DNA of 64,000 nt from Stegostoma tigrinum (taxonomy: Eukaryota). Shown piece after piece: positions 61,750-64,000 of the stretch; position 1 is the stretch's first letter, and the number at the start of each line of letters is the position of its first letter. A program made the translations under genes and the position numbers. Below the pieces are notes generated by a model. The model was not told where the DNA came from. It was given only the letters and a program-made list of their open reading frames with translations, and searched no databases. The DNA lies in the NCBI RefSeq assembly GCF_030684315.1, contig NC_081355.1:28607316-28671315 (forward strand), given 5' to 3'.

Positions 61750-63905
61750 GATGAAATGTGAGGCTGGATGAACACAGCAGGCCCAGCAGCATCTCAGGAG
61801 CACAAAAGCTGACGTTTCGGGCCTAGACCCTTCATCAGAGAGGGGGATGGGGAGAGGGAACTGGAATAAATAGGGAGAGAGGGCAGGCGGACCGAAGATG
61901 GAGAGAAAAGAAGATAGGTGGAGAGGAGAGTATAGGTGGGGAGGTAGGGAGGGGATAGGTCAGTCCAGGGAAGACGGACAGGTCAAGGAGGTGGGATGAA
62001 GTTAGTAGGTAGGAGATGGAGGTGAGGCTTGGGGTGGGAGGAAGGGATGGGTGAGAGGAAGAACAGGTTAGGGAGGCAGAGACAGGTTGGACTGGTTTTG
62101 GGATGCAGTGGGTGGAGGGGAAGAGCTGGGCTGGTTTTGGGATGCGGTGGGGGAAGGGGAGATTTTGAAGCTGGTGAAGTCCACATTGATACCATTGGGC
62201 TGCAGGGTTCCCAAGCGGAATATGAGTTGCTGTTCCCGCAACCTTTGGGTGGCATCATTGCGGCACTGCAGGAGGCCCATGATGGACATGTCATCTAAAG
62301 AATGGGAGGGGGAGTGGAAATGGTTTGCGACTGGGAGGTGCAGTTGTTTATTGCGAACTGAGCGGAGGTGTTCTGCAAAGCGGTCCCCAAGCCTCCGCTT
62401 GGTTTCCCCAATGTAGAGGAAGCCACACCGGGTACAATGGATGCAGTATACCACATTGGCAGATGTGCAGGTGAACCTCTGCTTAATATGGAAAGTCATC
62501 TTGGGGCCTGGGATAGGGGTGAGGGAGGAGGTGTGGGGGCAAGTGTAGCATTTCCTGCGGTTGCAGGGGAAGGTGCCGGGTGTGGTGGGGTTGGAGGGCA
62601 GTGTGGAGTGAACAAGGGAGTCACGGAGTGAGTGGTCTCTCCGGAAAGCAGACAGGGGTGGGGATGGAAAAATGTCTTGGGTGGTGGGGTCGGATTGTAG
62701 ATGGCGGAAGTGTCGGAGGATGATGCGTTGTATCTGGAGGTTGGTGGGGTGGTGTGTGAGAACGAGGGGGATTCTCTTTGGGCGGTTGTTGCGGGGGCAG
62801 GGTGTGAGGGATGTGTTGCGGGTGACACGGTCAAGGGTGTTCTCGACCACTGTGGGGGAAAGTTGCGGTCCTTGAAGAACTTGGACATCTGGGATGTGCG
62901 GGAGTGGAATGCCTCATCATGGGAGCAGATGCGGCGGAGGCGGAGGAATTGGGAATAGGGGATGGAATTTTTGCAGGAGGGTAGGTGGGAGGAGGCGTAT
63001 TCTAGGTAGCTGTGGGAGTCAGTGGGCTTGAAATGGATATCAGTTACAAGCTGGTTGCCTGAGATGGAGACTGAGAGGTCCAGGAAGGTGAGGGATGTGC
63101 TGGAGATGGCCCAGGTGAACTGAAGGTTGGGGTGGAAGGTGTTGGTGAAGTGGATGAACTGTTCGAGCTCCTCTGGGGAGCAAGAGGCGGCGCCGATACA
63201 GTCATCAATGTAACAGAGGAAGAGGTGGGGTTTGGGGCCTGTGTAGGTGCGGAAGAGGGACTGTTCCACGTAACCTACAAAGAGGCAGGCATAACTGGGG
63301 CCCATGCGGGTGCCCATTGCCACCCCCTTAGTCTGTAGGAAGTGGGAGGAATCGAAAGAGTTGTTGAGGGTGAGGATGAGTTTGGCTAGGTGGATGAGGG
63401 TGTCGGTGGAGGGGGACTGGTCGGGCCTGCGGGACAGGAAGAAGCGGAGGGCCTTGAGGCCATCTGCATGCGGAATACAGGTGTATAGGGACTGGACATC
63501 AATGGTGAAAATGAGGTGTTGGGGGCCAGAGAATTGGAAGTCCTGGAGGAGGTGGAGGGCGTGGGTGGTGTCACGGACGTAGGTAGGGAGTTCGTGGACC
63601 AAAGGGGAGAAAATGGAGTCCAGATAGGTGGAGATGAGTTTGGTGGGGCAGGAGCAGGCTGAGACGATGGGTCGACCACGGCAGGCAGGTTTGTGGATTT
63701 TGGGAAGGAGATAGAAATGGCCCGTGCGGGGTTGGGAAACAATGAGGTTGAAGGTTGTGGGTGGGAGGTCCCCTGAGGTGATGAGGTCATGAATGGTGTT
63801 GGAGATGATGGTTTGGTGCTTGGGTGTGGGGTCATGATCGAGGGGATTGTAGGAGGTGGTGTCGGAGAGTTGGCGTTTGGCCTCGGCGATGCAGAGGTCA
63901 GTGCT
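61750..63905 (-). mobile_element. Young 5'-truncated Neptune-like Penelope element (RT + Cys linker + GIY-YIG), nested in a CR1
   Basis: LLPKIHKP..GRPIVS, DVQSLYTCIPH, QTKGVAMGTRMGPSYACLF, YIDD; frameshift near 62855; then CNRRKCYTC and NVVYCIHCTRCGFLYIGETKRR. CR1 (-) at ~61295-61750 resumes at ~63905. Confidence 0.95.
61808..61841 (-). ncRNA. Minimal hammerhead motif in PLE terminal repeat
   Basis: Core identical to those at 58241-58274 and 59581-59614. Confidence 0.7.
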
Positions 63906-64000
63906 TTTATTCTGTACTGCTTCCAATGCACTGAATCCTTCCTTGAATATAGAGCCTGAAGCTGCACGCAGCACTCCAGGTGTGGTCATTCCAAAACCTT

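Noticed and set aside
62496-63989. 497-aa ORF as an intact gene
   Set aside because: Chimeric: the first ~30 aa come from flanking CR1 sequence, the middle is PLE RT, and the tail is out of frame after ~62855.
1-64000. CRISPR arrays, operons or other prokaryotic systems
   Set aside because: Spliced vertebrate genes and vertebrate retroelements throughout; no regularly spaced repeat-spacer array seen.

Overview
Eukaryotic, repeat-rich vertebrate DNA, inferred to be a shark from its HE1-type V-SINEs, Deu-domain SINEs and CR1/Penelope-like repeats. It holds the last three coding exons of TDP2 (+, 11918-20996). Downstream on the same strand are a CpG-rich putative promoter (~32.2-32.9 kb) and the first three coding exons of KIAA0319 (signal peptide, MANSC/MANEC domain and Ser/Thr/Pro-rich exons), the same tandem order as the human DYX2 locus. 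Most of the remaining sequence is retroelement-derived: CR1 LINEs (one near full length), a second LINE family, V-SINEs, DeuSINEs, and Penelope-like elements (PLEs) of two clades. Two patterns stand out. (1) Minimal hammerhead-ribozyme cores (CUGANGA-stem II-GAAA-C-GUH) sit in PLE termini and in small, TSD-flanked, palindromic non-coding PLE derivatives of three sequence lineages; one intact core lies sense-oriented ~120 nt downstream of the KIAA0319 start exon. (2) Four local templated duplications/insertions copy sequence from 0.1-3 kb away. Repeat boundaries were set by eye and are approximate.
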